The position numbers and the translations under genes were made by a program. Positions 1-13,528 of a stretch of 35,464 bases of DNA are shown here, piece after piece. The notes under the pieces are model-generated. The model saw only the letters and a program-made list of their open reading frames with translations, was not told the origin of the DNA and did no database searches. Source of the stretch: Hydrurus foetidus (taxonomy: Eukaryota); the NCBI GenBank assembly GCA_900617105.1, contig UYFQ01000431.1:1-35464 (forward strand), read 5' to 3'. Position 1 is the first letter of the stretch; every line of letters begins with the position of its first letter.

Positions 1-1615
1 TAATGTCGCCTCTGCACTGAGAGGTAATTGAATTAATGCAGCATTGAGTAATTCTTCTTCTTGGCTACGACGACTGATGACACTCTCTATGATGGTGGGA
101 GGATTGTTGGTCATAGAGTGGAAAGGTGGACGTCCCGATGGAAGGGAGTTACTTTGACCCGAGTTATTCTTGATTTTCTTCCTTTGTTGAGTAGACTCAG
201 TAGCCGGTGACGCATACAAACGGGACATAGTGGTGGAGTCTTCCATATCTGTATTCATACGATCAGATGAAATTACAGGAGAGTCAGAATCCTGATGGGC
301 TGATTGATCTGATGGTCCCGATGGTCCTGATGGGGCAGATGGATCATCAAAGGAAGCCATTTCCGTTGCCCATTTGGTGACAATTTCAAACCAATGATTG
401 AACATGGTTTCGTTCATTCTGTGACCATGTTTCTCAAGCATGGAGTTGGCGGCAGCAAAACCATCTTGAGCCTTCATTCGACTCTTGTTATCAGCAACAG
501 ATTGTTGCATGATTCGAATTTCCTCCTTCTGTAGTTCGAGGCGTTGAGATTGAAAGTTATTCATACCTCGTCCCTCCCCAACCGAACTGTATATAATTGT
601 AGAAGGTCACTTAAATAATAGGAAGATAATATTTATGTTCAAAAATATAGACTTACCGGACAAGATCGGTTGCAGCTTTCTTTTCCTCTTTCATCGACTT
701 GGTATTGTACATGCCAGACTTTGCATTCTCCTCGATTGCTTCCGTGTCCACGCTAAAAGCCGCAGAAATCTCAAACCCATAACTTGCAACACCATATGGA
801 CCCAGTAACATAAAGGTTACTAATGCCGGAGGAACCAATTTCTTCTTTGAAACATATTCAACGCTGTCGTTGTCTTCATCCTCATCCTCTGCATCTTCGT
901 TATCGGAGTCGACAACTCGAGAGTTCCTTAATGGCTGAGTAGGCGCCGAACCTTGAGTAACAGGAGGGTCTTTGTCATCGTCCTCATCCTCATCTGTCTC
1001 GTTTTCCCTCTCCATGTTTTGATCATGCTCGGTATTCACGGACTCAGTACAGAAGAGAAGAGCATCAGTCTCATTTTTCCCTGAGGGAAACCCACCAGCC
1101 TTGGTGAAGTCTTTCCAATACGCGAGTAAGACCTTGGAATCTTTGATGCAAGCTTTTGCTTTCGCAATAAGCTGTCGTCCATTGATGTATTTCCGACCCG
1201 ATAAGGTAGGATAATGGATGAATTCCTTGACAGATTCTTTACTGACTCCCGCCAATATACCAAACTCGGGTTTAATCACATCATCTTCCCACAAAACCCT
1301 ATATCTTCCTGTTCCCTCCAGCAAAGCACCAATTTGACCAATTTGATCACCATCATCTCCATGATAAAATCTACTAGAGGACAATCAATTTTGTGAGTTA
1401 GTGACAGCATAAAAATGAAGAACAATGGTGAAAACAACTTACAATTCCATGTCTTCCTTCTGATTTTTCTTTCTCCGAGCAGATCCCTCAAGAATGGAGA
1501 CATATGCGTTAGCGGAAAGAAGGTACTGCAACGCCTTCAATTGGGGTGCCTTTAGCTTCTCAACAAATTTCTTTACAGGCTTCCCCCTAACCAGCATAAC
1601 CTTGTTTTTGACCAT
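1..1615 (-). CDS. PIF/Harbinger-associated accessory protein (element C), 3 exons: 1615-1443, 1373-657, 586-<1; runs off the window
   Basis: Two GT-AG introns (1374-1442, GTAAGT..CTAAC..CTAG; 587-656, GTAAGT..ACAG) join ORFs 1439-1624 and 653-1384 and an open frame to base 1 (MVKNKVML..F|RFYHG..FPSGKNETDALL..DLVR|SVGEGRGM..). It lies inside a Harbinger-type TIR at 2017-2040 and shares the PSGxxxxD motif with the accessory ORFs at 15817-16257 and 16668-17466. Confidence 0.7.
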
Positions 1616-1767
1616 TTTGCTCAATCAAGGATGATGTCAAGAAATTTAAAGTGCAAATGTGATTGCAGATTGGAATCTTGTAAAATGCCCTCCACTACAA
1701 TGGAAAAGTTCAAAAACGATATAGAACAGGAAATTTCGTTTACGTCATTCACTACAATCGAGACAGT

Positions 1768-1823
1768 ACAAAATACGAAAACGAAAATCCAAAAAAATTT
1801 GGATTTTCGTTTTCGTATTTTGT
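1768..1823. repeat. Perfect 26-bp inverted repeat with 4-nt loop
   Basis: ACAAAATACGAAAACGAAAATCCAAA (1768-1793), AAAA loop, TTTGGATTTTCGTTTTCGTATTTTGT (1798-1823). Confidence 0.95.
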
Positions 1824-1833
1824 TCACCACTAG

Positions 1834-2040
1834 GACCGGCCTTACGGCATGAGTTCCAGGGGTTCTTGAATTTAAAAATTACAGAACTCAAAAACTGTGA
1901 ACTCGAGTTTCTGGAAAATGGCCGTTTTTCCAGAACTCGAGCTCTGAGTTTTTGAGTTCTGGAAAAATTCACGTATTTTCCGCCCCATAGGGTGATTTTA
2001 CGAAATCCCAGATCCTGAACTCGTGCCGTAAGGAACGGTC
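1834..2040. mobile_element. Harbinger-type TIR pair (Tourist-like MITE, or the terminus of element C)
   Basis: GACCGGCCTTACGGCATGAGTTC (1834-1856) versus the reverse complement of 2017-2040, GACCGTTCCTTACGGCACGAGTTC. Flanked by TAG (left) and TAA (right). TIR resembles GGCCGTTCCTTA at 10684. Internal imperfect palindrome at 1882-1961. Confidence 0.7.
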
Positions 2041-2246
2041 TAATCCAACAGGCTTAGAGTTGAGACTCTGATGGGTGATGTGACGGGAGTGTAACACTAA
2101 GTTATCAACGAGTCAACGAAGCTGCTGGCGCATCTGCAACTTCCTCAATATCCGATGTTTGCAGTTATTGTGGCAATAGATGCCGAAATCTTTTTTTTCT
2201 CTTTGAGTGAATCGAATATGCAGTAGGAAGAGTTGACAGCGCAAAA

Positions 2247-5200
2247 ATGGCAATTTTGGAAACCATGATTGCAAACGTCACGATGACCTTGACAGTATTC
2301 CTATCCGGCATTGTTGTTGGTTTTCTGTTTGCTGTGATGATCTTGGTGCAACTTCTGTCTCCGACTCCTAGAAAATTCGACGACGGAGCTGTTGAATGCA
2401 ACGCGCCTATTCAGACACCCCTCTTTCAAGAAGCACATCCTTCAGATGCTAGCTGCAAGTTATTAGAAGATGCAGTAAAAGACCTGATAAATGTTCAGCA
2501 GGGAAGAGATGCTGAGCCGCACACTAAAGAGTTACCTGATGCCGTGGCTCCTAGCCACAGTCTCTATCAACTCGAACAGATTTTTGAAGGCTTCTGCAGT
2601 TTTTCGAAAGACAGAGCGAAGCAGCTGAAATCCTTGTCATCTTTCATGTCTGATATCGGAAGGGCCCATACAGTGTTTTCAAAGGACTTGATGAAGATTT
2701 CGTTCCATGTGAAGTTAAACATCAAAACATTCGATCAATCACAAGCTCTTCCACGAAAAGCTGGACTCGACGCTGTCTGCACAACTGATGATATAGCCGG
2801 CAATATGGACGACTGGTGGAAAGCCCTAACGCTGTGTATGAGTCAACTCTCAGATGATAACGAGAAATTGTCGGAGACTCTGAGCGGGGACGTTTCAGTG
2901 CAGGTCATTCAGATTTCAGATGATCTTGTGACAGACGAAAAGAAACTGATAACTGAAGGAACCAGATTGCTCAACCAACTCAAGGACAGCATAATTAAAA
3001 ACGAACATCTGACTCAGGATCGCGACAGATGGCGTTTGAAACTTCCAGCCTCCGCGCCTTCGACAAGCAAAGGGGTGGGTATGCCGCTGGTGCTCGATGC
3101 AAAGGCTCTCAAACTCCAGGCCTCTGAGCTGGCATTAGATGAGAACATGAAGCTGGTACAGCAATACAAGAAAGAATTTAGAACGCAAATGCCGAAATTA
3201 CACAAAGCACTCAAATCAGCATCTTTCAAATTTATGTCAAAGATGAAGATGCAGTTGATGAGAGTGGCTGATGTCTTGAAATCAAGCAGCAGCAGTGTCG
3301 ACTCAGCAACACAGCGTCTGAGGTCGCAGATTAGTGCAACTTGCTCAACACCTGGTGCAGAGCAAAAAGTTTTGATGGGATTTGAGTCTATGCTGCAGCA
3401 ATCGTTGGAGGCTATAATGACAGATGAGGTGGCGGTATGCACGAACAAATGTCAGACAGCTGATACGGACAAAGATATACACGCAGACATTCATACAGAT
3501 GAACAGAGCAGTCTTGTGAATGCAACAAAGAAGACGCATCACTCTCACTTGATAGACATGTCCTTGGAATCCACCGCATGTCTTGCGGCCACCTCCCCCC
3601 ACGTGCTGCCCGTTCTCCCCACATCCTTTTCAAACTCCATCGGGGAGGAGAGCTGCGTGTGGTTCAATGCATTCAGCGGGAGGATATACAGGGATGCAGC
3701 TCGCTCAGAGTACTTCCACTCCTGGCTGCTGAGCAAACTCACAAGCCAGTTGAACAAAGGCACCAAGCCCGGATTCATGGACGATGTAGTGGTGGAGAGC
3801 GTTTCATTCGGTGCCACTCCACCTCTGCTCTACAACGTAAAGTGGTCACCTCCAGTATCTATTCGCAGAGTAGATGGACAACATAATGCAAAGATAAGTA
3901 GAGCTGAGCACCGGGACAGGAATGTGTCAGTCGAAGGAGCAGCGCAGGGGAGGAGAGGAAGTGGAGGCAAAGACATGAACAATCAACACAGTGACAGTAA
4001 AGTCCATGACACGCACTCCTCACCAGGAACAGGAATGGTAAGCACAGATAGCGAGCACGCTGCAAAGCCATCTAGACCTACTTCTCCGGATGACGGTGAG
4101 GTGTCCTCCCCTGCTCCTACTGTATCTTGTGCCGCACATGCGAGCAGCAGCAGCAGTGATGGCACTCGCACTGAAGGTGCAGGACGTGGAACCATTGATT
4201 CCGGAATCATAGAAGATGCTGTAAAGTCTACAGACATCAACGAAGACAAAGACAAAGGCAGTAAGGAAGATAACGAGGAAAATAGCAGCAGGAGTAAGAG
4301 GGAGAGAGAGAGGGAGAGGAGGAGTGAGGATATCGAGTGCACAGCGGAAATGGCTTTCAGAGCAGGGCTCAAATTCAAAATAACCACAAGGTGAGTGAAG
4401 CAGATTGTGCAACGCAGCTAAGGTGGTGGGAGAAACAAAACGTAGAGGAGGAGAGAGGCTCATAACTGAATGTGGAAATGAAGTAGAGCGGACCGGTTTA
4501 CCAGTCATACAATTTTCTTTCTTTGAAATCTCACCTTTCAAGATTCTATTCTTCTTCGGATTAAACAAACGTGCTCTTTTGCAGATCTTTTATAACGTTT
4601 CTCATTGTCTATCAACCGACACTGCATCACAGGCTATGGTGCAATTGGCCCAGGGATCGGTATGCCTCCATTCCGGTAACCCTCATTCTCGAACTCCTGG
4701 AGGTCACGGGCAGAGTAAGTATTTTTTGTTCCTATGTTCTCCTATTGTTTCGTTAACTATTTGACTGATGGTTTACTTTTGTTGTTTCGTTAATCGCAGG
4801 GTCGTTTATTTAGTTGATTACTGAATTGGTTTTGCAAGAGATTCATGAAGTGATTTCTTTGTTGAATCGCCCATCTGTTCATTTCTTTTGCCTATCGTCG
4901 TTTGATTCCCCATTTTTATTCAAGACACCGCAATTGACATATTGTTTAAAGCAGTGTGCATCGTGAATGATTTATGTTATCGAATTAGTGTTCACATAAG
5001 AGTTACGCTCTGATTAATTGTTCTGTGATTATTCACAGGTTCGATTCGGAGTGACTCATTCTTCTTCTTTCTTCAGTTTCCTCCAAGACCCTCAAACCAG
5101 ATTCGCTGGTGCGTCCTAAATAGTCACACTACCTTCACATGACACTTGTGATGAGAAAATCTGTTTGTTAATTTGCCGTGTGTACTTACTCTATCGTATC

Positions 5201-8200
5201 CTATGTGTTTAATGCTACTGTATGACACGTTGTTGGCATGCCATCTTGCTGAGAGACCTTCAGCACTGAACTCTCTCATGCTGACCATCTTCTGTGAATT
5301 GTCGTTCGTCACTATTTCAGTAGCATAACATAGCATAGCACTGTGCAAGAGGAGTCCAATTTGTTACACGGCATAACCTCACGCCTCATTACGCCATTTC
5401 AACCCATCTCCCAATTTCGATCTCACTGCATTCGCTCTCCCACCGTATCAACTCACCCCTCAACCCTGCACTTTTGTCTGTCCTTTCAGTGCACACGGAA
5501 GTGGGGGGCGACTCCTTTAAGTTCAAAGATGTCCCCAAACTGTCCGACTACATCGTGAAGAAACTCAAGGAAATTATTTTGAGGAAATTGGTTCATCCCA
5601 ACAGCCAGAGGTGATCCATCTTCTTCATTTTATTTACCCTCATTGCAGTGTCCATTTTTTCATGTTGTGGGCAATGGTTGAATTTGTCGGTGATGTGTCG
5701 ATCAATAGTGATGCATCATAGACTGGAAATTGGTTAATTTTATTAAAGGAGGCGTATGACATGACTTGACTTGACGTGACGTGACCCACATGGAGAGAGT
5801 GGACCAGCCCCCTCAGCACTCATCATCTTATTAATAGAACGCCATTCATTCTCTCACTAAATTCGTTGCCCTCATTGTATCTCTCAAATCGCCAGCTTTC
5901 GACTGATCTGGCCTCGCAGCTGGTGGCCTACGGACGTGCAGGCAGAATTCTCTTCAAAAGAATCCACGTCACCATCTCCTCCACCAACAGCAACACCTAC
6001 AGCAACAGCAACAGCAGCATGTCCCGCAACTGCGGCTGCCGCTACCACTACAGGCTCCCCTCCCCCTGTTCCTTTCCCTGGTCGTGCTCCCCCTCTTCTC
6101 TCCCCTCAAGCTGCCCCCACGGAACATGTACCCACAAGAGTACACACAGGCACTTCAAGCATCTCTCGCAGTGACAGCAATAGAGGTACTGATATCGAAG
6201 CACCTCTCCCCTCCCCTGTGGTCCCAAAGAACATCAGTGCAACTCACTCACACGCACAGGAGACTGCTACAGCTACAGCTGAGGAGTCAAGAGCCGTGTC
6301 AGTGCCATTGCCAGTGACAGCGGGTGTCTCCTCCATAGCAGCAGCAGCAGCTCTAGCGTCCATCTCCTCCACCACAGGGTGGATTCGCGAAGAAGTCAGA
6401 CGCAGAGGACAACCTTCTCCCGCCCACTCCTCCGCCCCTTCACCCGCTCCATCAATCCCTATAGTGACCCCAAAACCATCCCATCCGAAGTCAATAGATT
6501 CCTCTCCACCCCACGCTCCTCACTCAAAGCTTACTGCTGAGGAAAATGAAGGCATTTTTCCCGCTGTAAATGTGACTCACATTGAAGAAAGGAAAAGTCC
6601 CCCTGCAGCAGTTTCATCTGAAGTACTTGATCATGCGAATTCTCTTATGGTTGGGATAAAGAATGTGACTGAGGGAGCACAGCGCGAGACTAACAATCAA
6701 GCAGAAGAGGAAGGCGAAAATACAACATACGAAGGTACAGAAAGAGACAGGCAAAAAAGCAAACTGAAAGAAAAGGAAAGAGACAATGATAAGGAGAAAG
6801 AAAAGGGGAAAGAGAAAGAGAAAGAGAGCACTGTCGGAGAATATAATTGGCGCACCGCCTTGGAGTATGCAAACAAAAACAACGTTCTTCCCACCTTCCT
6901 GCAGAGGAAACTGAATCCTGCTCCCCAACCCTCAGTACAGAAACTGCAGGGCGTACATTCACATCGAGTGGAGGACGTCGGGGGCGACAAGGAAGGACGT
7001 CCATCTGCTAGTACTCGAGCTGATGTCTTGCCTCTTTCTCACAGTACCAACATATCTGATACCCACACTGGCGATGGAAGAGCTCCCAACACAACTTCAA
7101 CTTCAAGCCTGAGCCCACAGACCTCCAACCCCTTCATCCCTCTCCACCATACCGGCTCAAGCACGCACGCCCGTGAGAGTGAATCTGTACAGTCAAGGCT
7201 GGAAATCGAAGGGGGCACGGTAGACCCCGTATGTCCCGCTGCTCTTGTCTGCTCCAAAATAGTTCACTCTGTGCAACCCATCATCAATCCCTCTGGATTA
7301 CAAGCTAACTTCGATCATGGTAATGACGATGATACTAATGACGGTGACGGTAAAAATGATGATCACGGTAGTGGTGACCGCACTGATGCGTCATATCCAA
7401 ACGATTTAAGCGCTGCGTCTCTCTCATCCGATGCTGCTCTTGAAGTTGCTGTCACTGCATCTAGCACAGCGAGTCCCATCTGTGACGTAGAGGGCAGCAG
7501 CTCTCATCATGGGGGATTTCAAGAGTCGTCCCATGAGAAAAGCCACAATGACAATGACTGTAAAAGTGGCAGTGACGTCACTCGTGAGTCCAGCGAGTCC
7601 GCTACTACCACAGCACCACCTATAAAGGCACTGCAACCAGAGCCCGTGGCTGTGACTGAGACTGCAGCTGTGGCTGTAAGTGCATCGATAGCTACTTCTT
7701 TCACAGAACCGCAGAAACCAAATGCACCGACAGGAAGCAATAGTGTCAGGTGCAGCCATGTGGAGGAGAGAAGTCGCACAACAATAGCGAAGGAGAAAGA
7801 GAAGGACAGAGTACCGGATAAGAGTGAGTGGATGCACAGGATAGAGGAAGCGAAAGAGAAGCTGCAGAACAAGTTCTCGGTATTCAAATCCATACTGACA
7901 GTGCCCTCCTTGCTGTCCCCTGGGGATCTCTCCGTCACCACACACACAGACTCTCACCCCACTGATAACGCACATCACAAGCACATGGATGTCAGACGGG
8001 ACAAGGCTGTGCCTCCCAATCACAATCCCAATCCTAATTCCAGTGGCACTCAACGCGGGAGCATCTTCAAGTCCTCTCTGCCAGAGCTGATCATCTCCTC
8101 TCTGTCTTCTCTGACATCACCTGTGTCTGCGTCATCATCTCCGAGCACCAATCGCATGGTCCCTAGAGGGGGAAACACTCCCCCTGCCAATCGATCTTAC

Positions 8201-9421
8201 AGCGTTGCAGAGGCGAGATCACGCAGCGGCAGAGAGAGTCTCATGCTGCGTAGTATGGACACCTTCTCTCCCCCTCCACCCACCCTTACATCAACTCCAT
8301 CTTCATCTTCCAGTCCAATATCGAGACCGCGCAGCATTTCCGACACATCCCGCGCGCACGTTCATCCGCAGAAGGCTGAAGATATCTCAGTTAGGAGCAG
8401 GAGAGCGAACAGCGTTGGTACGCTCGATGCACCTATTCGTTTTCATATTCCGATTCTTATCAGAGGCAGAGGGGCTTATGCGATGAGTGGTGCAAAGTCA
8501 AATAGTAGGACCTCAAACTCGTCGAATATATGTAAAATACGGCACATGTCGTCCATGACACCTCAAGAGAGGAGGTACAAAATGTACCGCGAGATTCAGT
8601 TCAAATCGGAGATGGAAGAGGAGGTCATGGCACGTACTGGCTTTCGAACACCCGCATCCCTCTATAACCCCGACCTCCTTCAGCCATTCGACCCCCTCTG
8701 TAGCGACTTCTCACTGTCAGCAGCTGAAATGTCTCCCAACGCTGCTGTGCTTGCCTATGAGATGCAGCTCACAGGGGCAGAGCGCAATGAGAGCAGCTTC
8801 AGTCCGGGTGACCACCGAGCCCCCGCCCCTACTAGACTGGGAGTGCTCTGGATGCCTCCCTGCGAAGACCCCATGTGGGCGGAGATCAGTCAGGGGAGAA
8901 AGTCCGACAAAGCGACCCTTCAGCTGTACTTTATAGGAGGGAAGAGCGCTATAGGGGGCAGCAATGACGATATCAAAAAATCGGTTTCCTTCAGCGATGA
9001 ATCCGATCCAGTCCCCACTCACAGCAGCAGCAGCAGCAGCAACATCAGCGGTGAGAGGGGTGGAACGACGGGCTCCTCGAATTTCAACAACTTCAGCATC
9101 ACAGCCAGCAGCAGCAGCAGCTCTAATGGCACTCATGCGGCTTGCTCTAAGATGGTTCTCGCGGCATCGTATGACCTAGGGGGGGCAGAGTGTCGAATGC
9201 TCCCCCTGGCCAGTGACGAATTTAGATCAGGGCTGAGCTCGAGTACAACTAATCAAGGGATAAAAAACACTGCCACAATGGCACCTGAAGCGCGTCCTCC
9301 ATCGCACGGCTTCCAGATCCTATTCCGACAGGATAAAGGTAAATGGACGTCCTTCCTGTGCGGCTCCGAGGAGATGTGTGATGACTGGATTGACGCCGTT
9401 GACAACGTAGCGATCTTGTAG
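2247..9421 (+). CDS. SMP-domain membrane-contact-site lipid transfer protein (TEX2/Nvj2/PDZD8-like); exons 2247-4390, 4633-4714, 5039-5108, 5490-5610, 5896-9421; about 1980 aa
   Basis: N-terminal hydrophobic helix (LTVFLSGIVVGFLFAVMILV). SMP signature WFNAFSGRIYRDAARSEYFHSWLLSKLTSQLNKGTKPGFMDDVVVESVSFGATPP, continued across GT-AG introns (ITTR|LWCNWP..LEVTGR|VRFGV..SFLQDP..|VHTEVGG..KDVPKLSDYIVKKLKEIILRKLVHPNSQ|SFRLIWP). Exon sum is 5943 nt with frame conserved. PH-like end (FQILFRQDKGKWTSFLCGSEEMCDDWIDAV). Confidence 0.85.
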
Positions 9422-10832
9422 GACATTAATGTGATGCACTTTCAGCACTATGTCGTTTACTAGCCTAGCCACTCCTACAGTGCAATAGCTTTTCATGTCG
9501 AACTGCACCGCACTGCACTGCACTACTCAGTGCGTGCTACTGTACAGTACTCTGATAATGTCACATCACTCATCGTTACATACTGAACCCTCACCACAGC
9601 GCTGATAAATTCATTACTGAGTTCATTGTACTTGTTTAAAATCTGTAATTTTTTTTAAAGTGCACAATGAGGGGCCTAGCACCGAGTAGTCTTTCCGACA
9701 TGCAGTAGTGTCATATCATCATCCAATACGGAGGCGCTGTTTTGATGGCACAACACGCGCAGGCTCCACGCGGACCTCGTTAGAGTTACATGATTCTGGT
9801 AACATCTGGGAGTACTTTTCTGATCTACAGAAACCAAAGACCGAATTGTGATTGACTTTCTACAGCATTCTCATTATCAATTTGAGAGGCTGCCGACGAG
9901 GTACACATGTTGATGAACAGCAGTCTATTATTACTATACATACACCGTAGGCGACCAAAAAGATCCGGCTGCCGGGGCCTCACCTAGCAAACTGAATAAC
10001 GTCCTAATTTTCTCAATTTTTACAGTTTTGACCTGAAACTTTGGCTACCAGCTTTAAATACTTTCTTCAATCAATGCTGAAAAGGACTTAAAAAAATAAA
10101 TGTTTTTAGGATTTTTTCCTGTTGTTTTATTTTACCCCACAATTTAATACTTGTTGTTCAGCAAATATATCGCACATTACTTTTCCTGATACGCGAAAAT
10201 ACACTTATTTATAAACTACGCCCATTAAAACAATTTAGAATGATTTTTTGAACTGTTTCAATATCTAATGTAACCTTACCATCTAAATTGTTCATCGTAT
10301 TCTCGAAATAATATCGAATATCGCTATTTGCCACATTCATTGACTTAATTGGTGCAATTGGTATGAAAATGCTGCTGTATTAAGCAAACGTTTGTATATG
10401 AGTATAGTGTAAGATGCCTCTGTGATATTCTGTACTTTACCTACATCAAACGACCAATAAATATCAGACGTCATTTGGTTCGGCTTCAGTCTTAACGAAG
10501 CAATCGCAACAAAATGTCCTACATGCACACATCCGACAAATTCAGTAGAAAGCAGAAGAATACTTTTCTGCTTCTCAACACACCAGTCTCTTTCTGATCG
10601 CTGACAGACGAGGTACTGAGTGAGTTACATACTCAAACACCCCAAAGGGATAGCATCAAAACCCTCGGGGCAGTACCCTCTTAGGCCGTTCCTTAAAAAA
10701 CGTTATCCGAAAAAAATTTACGTTTTTATTTTTTTGGATAAATTATTTTTGGATTTATTTTTTTTGGATAGCGTGCCGTAACACTATTTCATCCATATAT
10801 ATTTTGGTCCATTTTTTTGGATGATATTTATA

Positions 10833-11530
10833 CCAGTGGATAAGATAACTGTCGCCGCTACCATCTAAAAGAATGTTAATTCATCTATTACACATCGTCT
10901 ACGTATTTGATGAGTGTTCAAACTAGAGAATATTCTGCACATGACAGTAGAAATACAAAATATTTCTTTGTTGGTGATGATAATAATTCCGGGAACGTAG
11001 AATTTGAAGGTTCTGATCACGCATGAAGTATTAGGCTATCAATATCGAATTTTTCAAGGTCTATCGAATTGTTCCTAGCCACCAATTCTTTCACTGAATA
11101 GCATTTTTGAGGCTAATAATCCGTACGTTTTCAAGTTTTCTCTGTGAACGTACGGTGGAAGTGTAGCCAAAATTAGCTTTCCATCGCTAAAATTGTGATT
11201 AAGAACAACTCGATAGACCTTGAAAAATTCATGGGTGTGGATGCATAGCTACTTTATCGATATCAAAATTAAGGGGACTAAATACTTTGTCACTGCGTGG
11301 ATCCTGGACCTTCCAAATTCTGCGACAAAAAAAGACGCTTTTTCCCGGAATTATTATCATCACCAACAAAGAAATATTTTGTATTTCTGTTGTTACTGTC
11401 ATGTGCAGAATATTCTCTAGTTTCATTAACACTCATTAAATACGTAGACCGATGTGTAATAGATGAATTAACATTCTTTAGATGGTAGCGGCGACAGTTA
11501 TGCCCCAGCGACAGTTATGCCCCCCACTGG
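10833..11530. mobile_element. Non-coding long-TIR element (MITE/foldback), about 700 bp
   Basis: Ends CCAGTGG..CCACTGG. About 160 bp at 10833-10995 is the near-exact reverse complement of 11342-11530 (e.g. ATAACTGTCGCCGCTACCATCTAAAAGAATGTTAATTCATCTATTACACATCG). Absent from the duplicate copy at 16465-16530. No clean TSD. Confidence 0.85.
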
Positions 11531-11835
11531 GATAGCGTGCCATTATGTTCATCTAAATCTAAATTTACCTCGTATCCAATCAAGACATTGTATAATTAAA
11601 TTTTTTTTGCAAGGGCTTCGCCTCGTTGCGGTTTGGAGTTATATTGATGACATCAATCAGGTTGAAAAATATAAGCATTTCATGTTGGATACCACTTCTC
11701 CCAGTCTTCCTTCGCTTTGATTGGATTCGTGGTAGATGAACTGGAGGAGGATGAACTGGAGGAGGATGAACTGGATGACGACTTAGCACTAGATGTTGTT
11801 ACGGAGCTGATGGAGGAGTTCAAAGCATCTTCTGC
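11530..11835 (+). repeat. 306-bp direct repeat, copy 1 (copy 2 at 16518-16823; also 10779-10829 matches 16465-16515)
   Basis: Near-identical sequence at offset 4988, two mismatches by eye. Identical 69-aa ORF translations at 11580-11789 and 16568-16777. Confidence 0.95.
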
Positions 11836-12083
11836 TATTCCTTATGACGCACACAAAACATTTTTTACGTTTTCCTTTTTTTGTAGGGAAGAACATTCTT
11901 TTGGCGACAAATTTGTGTTGACCTTATGACGTTTACTCGTTTTATTTTGATTATCTGTATGTAACACTCCTTATGACGTTTTCATGGAAAAAAAAACTTT
12001 GGCATCATATTTCTGATCGATGATAAACTTGAGGAATCTTTACAATCTTCCATTGCAAATTTCCATTATTCACATTTTTTGCA

Positions 12084-13528
12084 ATGGATTCTAGCAATGA
12101 TGATATCGAGAAATTTACTGGAGACATCGGTCGCAATATGGCTACCTTTATGTGAAGAGAGAAATCCCGTGGAGACGATGTTGAGGAACATCCTCTCATT
12201 AGAGGAATGAATAAAGTTGATGAACCAGTATATAAATTCCAGAGATGGGAAGGTCGTCCACCATATGAGATGTCTTGTTGGGGTCGTATGTTGGTACACC
12301 CTAGAACGCAAGATCCTACTGATCGCAAGGGCGGTGTTCTATTGAGAACACGTTTTCGTGTACCCTTCCCCTTGTATGAGAGGTTGGTAGAAATGACTCG
12401 AGGTAATGGTTGGTTCAGTGAAAAAAATGATGCTGCGGGGCAGAAGTGTGCCCCCTTGGAACTGAAGATTCTTGGAGTACTTCGAGTTCTCGGGAGGGGA
12501 TTCTGCTTCGATGGTATAGAGGAACTCTCTTATATAAGTGCAGAGGTCAACAGAGTACTCTTCCACAAATGGTGCAGTCACTTTGCCCACAAATATTTTT
12601 CCACAAATATTTTTCTATCTATTGCAATCCTCCTGAGACATCAGAGGAGATTGCAAAAACACTGGCTGTACATGATAGGCTAGGATTTCCGGGTTGCATT
12701 GGTAGTACCGACTGTGTCCACATCAAGTGGAAACGTTGTTCATCTGGTGATCGCGTTCTACACAAGGGTAAATAAGGTTTTCCCACTCTCTCTTATGAAG
12801 TAACTTGTGATCATACTTCTAAAATTATTGCAGTATCGCATGGTTTTCCTGGTACAAGAAGTGATCGCACTATAGTAAGATTCGATGGTTTTGTAAGTGA
12901 CATTCATGATGGATTAAAATATGGGGATGTTAAATATAAAATGAATACAAGGGACGGTGTGGAATATGAAGAAGAAGGAGCTTGGCTATTAGTTGATGGC
13001 GGCTATCATAAGTGGAGGTGCCTTCAATGTCCTCTAAAACATTCAGCTATTCCCAGAGAGTCACTATAGAGTGAATGGGCAGAGACAGTTCGTAAAGATG
13101 TAGAGTGTGTCTTTGGTGTCTTAAAAGGTAGATTCCGTTGTCTAAAATTACCTATATATTATCATGATAAAGTTACTATTGATTATATGTTTTACTGTTG
13201 TTGCATATTGCATAATATTCTATTACATTTCGACGGTTTAAATGTTAGATGGGAAGAGAATGTAAATTATATAGGACTTGATGGTGATCATGCTCATGAA
13301 GATATGATTATATTCAGGCAACATTTAAGTAGAGTACGTAATTTGACACCAGTTACTGATTATACTCTTATGGACGCAGTTGCAGTGGAGGATCGTTTTA
13401 GAATTGTATATGGAGAATGTGATACTGAATATGAATCATCTTACACTACATTACAAAAAAAACTTGTAGATAACTATTTAGGGAAATATAAACGAAATCA
13501 AATTCAATGGCTTAGAAAAAGAAAGTGA
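12084..13528 (+). pseudogene. PIF/Harbinger DDE transposase (Plant_tran/DDE_Tnp_4 type), disrupted
   Basis: RFRVPFPLY, LELKILGVLRVLGRG, GFPGCIGSTDCVHIKW, GTRSDRTIVRFD, WLLVDGGYHKW, RKDVECVFGVLKGRF, CCILHNILL. Lesions: TGA near 12153, 14-bp tandem duplication CCACAAATATTTTT (12587-12614) causing a frameshift, TAA 12773-12775, TAG 13067-13069. Confidence 0.92.

Noticed and set aside
5936..9421. Stand-alone 1161-aa gene
   Set aside because: It begins at GTG and is the last exon of the spliced gene starting at 2247.
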